Below are positions 60,463-64,000 of a DNA stretch of 64,000 nucleotides, one piece after another. The position numbers were made by a program, and so were the translations under genes. This DNA is from Octopus bimaculoides (Eukaryota), in NCBI RefSeq assembly GCF_001194135.2, contig NC_068994.1, forward strand, positions 24,488,557-24,552,556, given 5' to 3'. The notes under the pieces are model-generated. The model ran no database searches and was not told the DNA's origin. It worked only from the letters and a program-made list of their open reading frames with translations. How positions within the stretch are numbered: position 1 is the stretch's first letter; each line of letters opens with the position of its first letter.

Positions 60463-61717
60463 CTAGCAAAAATACCCTGCTTTGCCCGGGTTAAAGAGAA
60501 TAATGAAATCTAAAAACGCCGTCTAGACTACGCAACCCTCAACTGTTAGTAGCTACGATACCATATTTCTACATTAATAACTCTCCAATCCATGCCAGCA
60601 TGGAACATAGACATTAAGTGGAATGCCAGTCTCTCATCTAGGAGGGCCTTGAAATCAATGTTACCAACTGGGGACTATGTGTGTCGTAGTGATAATAAAA
60701 AGACCCAAAGGAGGTCTGCAACAAAATAATTTTACTCAACACTTTGCAAGTGAATCAGTGGAGGCAAATATGCGTCTCATTTTCTTGACAATTTATGCAT
60801 CACATTGCAGAAATCACAATGTAAGNNNNNNNNNNNNNNNNNNNNNNNNNNNNNNNNNNNNNNNNNNNNNNNNNNNNNNNNNNNNNNNNNNNNNNNNNNN
60901 NNNNNNNNNNNNNNNNNNNNNNNNNNNNNNNNNNNNNNNNNNNNNNNNNNNNNNNNNNNNNNNNNNNNNNNNNNNNNNNNNNNNNNNNNNNNNNNNNNNN
61001 NNNNNNNNNNNNNNNNNNNNNNNNNNNNNNNNNNNNNNNNNNNNNNNNNNNNNNNNNNNNNNNNNNNNNNNNNNNNNNNNNNNNNNNNNNNNNNNNNNNN
61101 NNNNNNNNNNNNNNNNNNNNNNNNNNNNNNNNNNNNNNNNNNNNNNNNNNNNNNNNNNNNNNNNNNNNNNNNNNNNNNNNNNNNNNNNNNNNNNNNNNNN
61201 NNNNNNNNNNNNNNNNNNNNNNNNNNNNNNNNNNNNNNNNNNNNNNNNNNNNNNNNNNNNNNNNNNNNNNNNNNNNNNNNNNNNNNNNNNNNNNNNNNNN
61301 NNNNNNNNNNNNNNNNNNNNNNNNNNNNNNNNNNNNNNNNNNNNNNNNNNNNNNNNNNNNNNNNNNNNNNNNNNNNNNNNNNNNNNNNNNNNNNNNNNNN
61401 NNNNNNNNNNNNNNNNNNNNNNNNNNNNNNNNGTGATTGTTTCAGTTAGTAGAATAGTTTCATTTTTAAAGTGAAAGTATTTGACATGAGTGTTTTTGTT
61501 TCACTTTTGACACGTAATACTTAAATAGTGGAGGAGATATTATGTTGCTGTGGGCTCGAACTCTGCAAGAAGTTAAACTTTTTTTTTGACTAAAACACAA
61601 CTGGAACCGTAAGTAAGGCATGTGTAAAATTTGAATGAAATTGGTTGCGTAGTTCTCGAGTTTTAGGGATTCACACACACACACACACACACACATTCTC
61701 ATTTTTATATATATAGA
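60463..61717 (-). mobile_element. Non-autonomous Helitron in a (TA)n site, spanning gap N 60826-61432
   Basis: Minus strand starts TCTATATATATAAAAATGAGAATG(TG)n at 61717 and ends with hairpin ACCCGGGC-aaa-GCAGGGT followed by TTTTTGCTAG at 60463. Flanked by A and T. That the two ends belong to one element across the gap is assumed. Confidence 0.75.
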
Positions 61718-62424
61718 TAGATATATATATATATATATATATATGTGTAATATAAAGTTTCATTACATTTATCAGATGGGTAATAAAAGATAAAATTTTA
61801 AACTGTCAGATCAAGGAACTTTACAATTTTAATACTTTTTTCAATGATGATACATAAATCATAATTTAAAAAAAAAATTTAAGTAAAGATTTTCTAAGCC
61901 TTTCTAATTCAGAAAGAGAGTAGTTGATGACTGTGAAGAGAGAGTTATCATGTTGTAGTTGCTGCCTAATCACAAAAATTTGCATTTAGTTCAAATAAGA
62001 TAAATATTCCATCTAAATTATCTGAGCTGAGTTTGGTTAGCTCATAGTGAGTGATATCAAAATTATATCCAGATTTTCAATTCCAATAATCAACATTGAA
62101 GGATAGAATTGCACTTTTAACTGCTAAAATAATACCTGTCTGTCATGCTTAAAGGGGAGATCATTCTAGTGAAGATAAAGACTTTCTTAAGGAGTATTGA
62201 AGCATGCTTTGCATGATGCGTATCATAATGAAACAACTAACTGTTGAGTACAATTAAACTATGGATTATGTAAAATTTAGGCCTTTAATGTTGTGTGTGT
62301 GTGTGTATATATATTTCCACAACTATTAAATGATTCAGTTTAGCCTTTTATCTTTTCAAGATTTGTAAAATAAGTGAAGTAATAATTATAATAAATTATT
62401 ATAGCTAAGATTTATAACTAATTT

Positions 62425-62645
62425 CATTATTGATTTCCAGTTTTGGCATACAGCCAGCAAGTTAGGGGGAGAGGGTAAGTCAATTATGTTGACCCCAGTA
62501 CTAAACTAGTACTTATTTTAACAACCCTGAAAGGATGAAAGGCAAAGTCAGCCTCAGCAGCATTTGAACTCAGAACATAAAGACAGACAAAATAAAGCTA
62601 ACCATTTTACTAAATATGCTAATGATTCTGCTAATTTGCTGCCTT
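62425..62645 (-). mobile_element. SINE family B, decayed
   Basis: GTACTTATTTTA...CCCTGAAAGGATGAAAGGCAAAGTCA...TTTGAACTCAGAAC. Confidence 0.75.
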
Positions 62646-63084
62646 GAACTGTTCTAATAATTAAAAAGGAAAAAATATATATGAATTGAAAGGAGAAATA
62701 ATGTGCATACATTCAAGAGGCTTCCAATTATACCCAGCTGTTTTACCATTGCTATTTATATACATTTCACTGCATTGATAGTGTTCAAAATACATTTACT
62801 ATATTATCAGAAAAAGAATTTTTCTTGTGATAATTACAAACTCCTGTTGCAGCAAGTCTAACTGGCTATCTTGGTAGTGATATTATAACACGATTACTTA
62901 CATATTGTTCCTTCTTGTCAATATTTCTATTTTTCTAAACTTTCATTTAAAGCATTAATAAAGACATTTCACTCAAATATGTTTTCTACATTTTGATTTT
63001 CATAATTTTAGTAAACTTACTAAAATCTGTTGGTGTGACTGTGTGGGAGGAAGTTTGCTTTCCTACCATGAGGTTCAAGTTCAG

Positions 63085-63530
63085 TCCCACTGCATGAACA
63101 TGCACCTACAATTTCCATCCCCACCCTGTAATTTCTAAAACCCTACCAGCTGCCCTCTAGGCACATTCTGCCTTTTAAGGGATGTAGTCTATATAGCCGC
63201 CCTAACACCATTCAGTGGCATCACAAGGCACGACAGGGATATGACAGTCAATACTTCAAGGGAAGGTACACGCAGCAGATGCATTTGCTTAAATGCTGGG
63301 ATAGATAGAATTCCTCTCTTTGTCGCGTTACCTCTGGAGACTTCACAACCTCTAGAATGAAACCCCCAACATCAAATGGACCATCATCAACAGGGCCCCA
63401 CCTTACCCTGCACCCACAATTGCCAACTCTCCACAAAAGACTGCACATTCTCAACCAACCTGCACTATCAACAGGAAATATGAACCATCTTATCGCAGCC
63501 ATCAGAAGTACACCCTCCTAGTAAACTTCA
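63085..63530 (+). mobile_element. Penelope-like element, GIY-YIG C-terminal remnant
   Basis: Plus-strand pieces LWRL...PNIKWTIINRAPPY, NCQL and INRKYE...HQKYTL resemble the PLE pattern W.L....I.W.II..A..Y....C.LC...N.R.E....H..K..L; frameshifted. Confidence 0.45.
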
Positions 63531-64000
63531 AACCACTGCCTCCCCACAACCAAGGATAGGGTTTCTAATGACTGATGTTTATGCAGAACACAGGCTGAGT
63601 TTAGCCTTATGCATCCCCCGTAACTCCCTACGCTCGTCTCCATATACATGGTTGTGTGCACACACATCCGTTTATGTAAGTATACTTTTCCTTTTTTTAT
63701 CCCCCTAACATCACTAAACCTCGATCCAACATGAAATTTCCACTCGACTCCGCCTTCCCAGCAACGTTGTTGCAACCACACTAACACACATCTGTCTTGT
63801 TTGCACACATAAATACCAAAAGCATGAATATATATATATAAAGTAAAATTTAATGGCTGTCCTGTAAGGGACGTTACTGTTTATTGGTCCCAAGAAACAT
63901 CGATTCTAGCTGGCTATTCAACACATTATCTGTGTCCTTATATTTTCGAACCAGGCATCCAGTATCCCCGCCCCAGCACAAAACAACATCTGTAGACTTG

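Noticed and set aside
63555-63600. Hammerhead-like CTGATG...GAAC downstream of the second Penelope fragment
   Set aside because: Stem II pairing and the GAAA box could not be reconstructed convincingly.

Overview
AT-rich, repeat-dense animal genomic DNA in draft form, with 4 N-gaps. The SINE/LINE repertoire and (TA)n/(CA)n load look like an octopus or other cephalopod genome (inference). The one host feature I can support is a 5-exon plus-strand gene: CDS 8154-8787, 30636-30922, 33036-33252, 33828(or 33831)-33942 and 52299-52338. All introns are GT-AG, the phases (1,0,1,2) join without frameshift, and the product is 430 (or 429) aa. I do not recognise the gene. The protein has a basic N-terminus, a poly-Ala tract, a compact Cys/His domain (C193-x5-C-x3-C-x5-C-x3-C-x12-C226-x23-H250) and a C-terminal leucine-zipper-like coil. 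The domain resembles a WRKY/GCM1/FAR1-fold zinc finger with an inserted Cys cluster, which makes this a candidate uncharacterised, possibly transposon-derived, transcription factor. The rest is mostly decayed mobile DNA: RTE-X-like and BovB-like LINEs, Penelope-like fragments, three SINE families, three or four Helitrons, two Buster-type hATs, a DD36E Tc1 element, a pogo-like element, a mariner and a solo LTR. There is also a hairpin-bounded ~351-bp tandem array interrupted by a hAT, and several palindromes. Transposon boundaries without TIR/TSD evidence are approximate (+/- tens of bp). No database searches were run.
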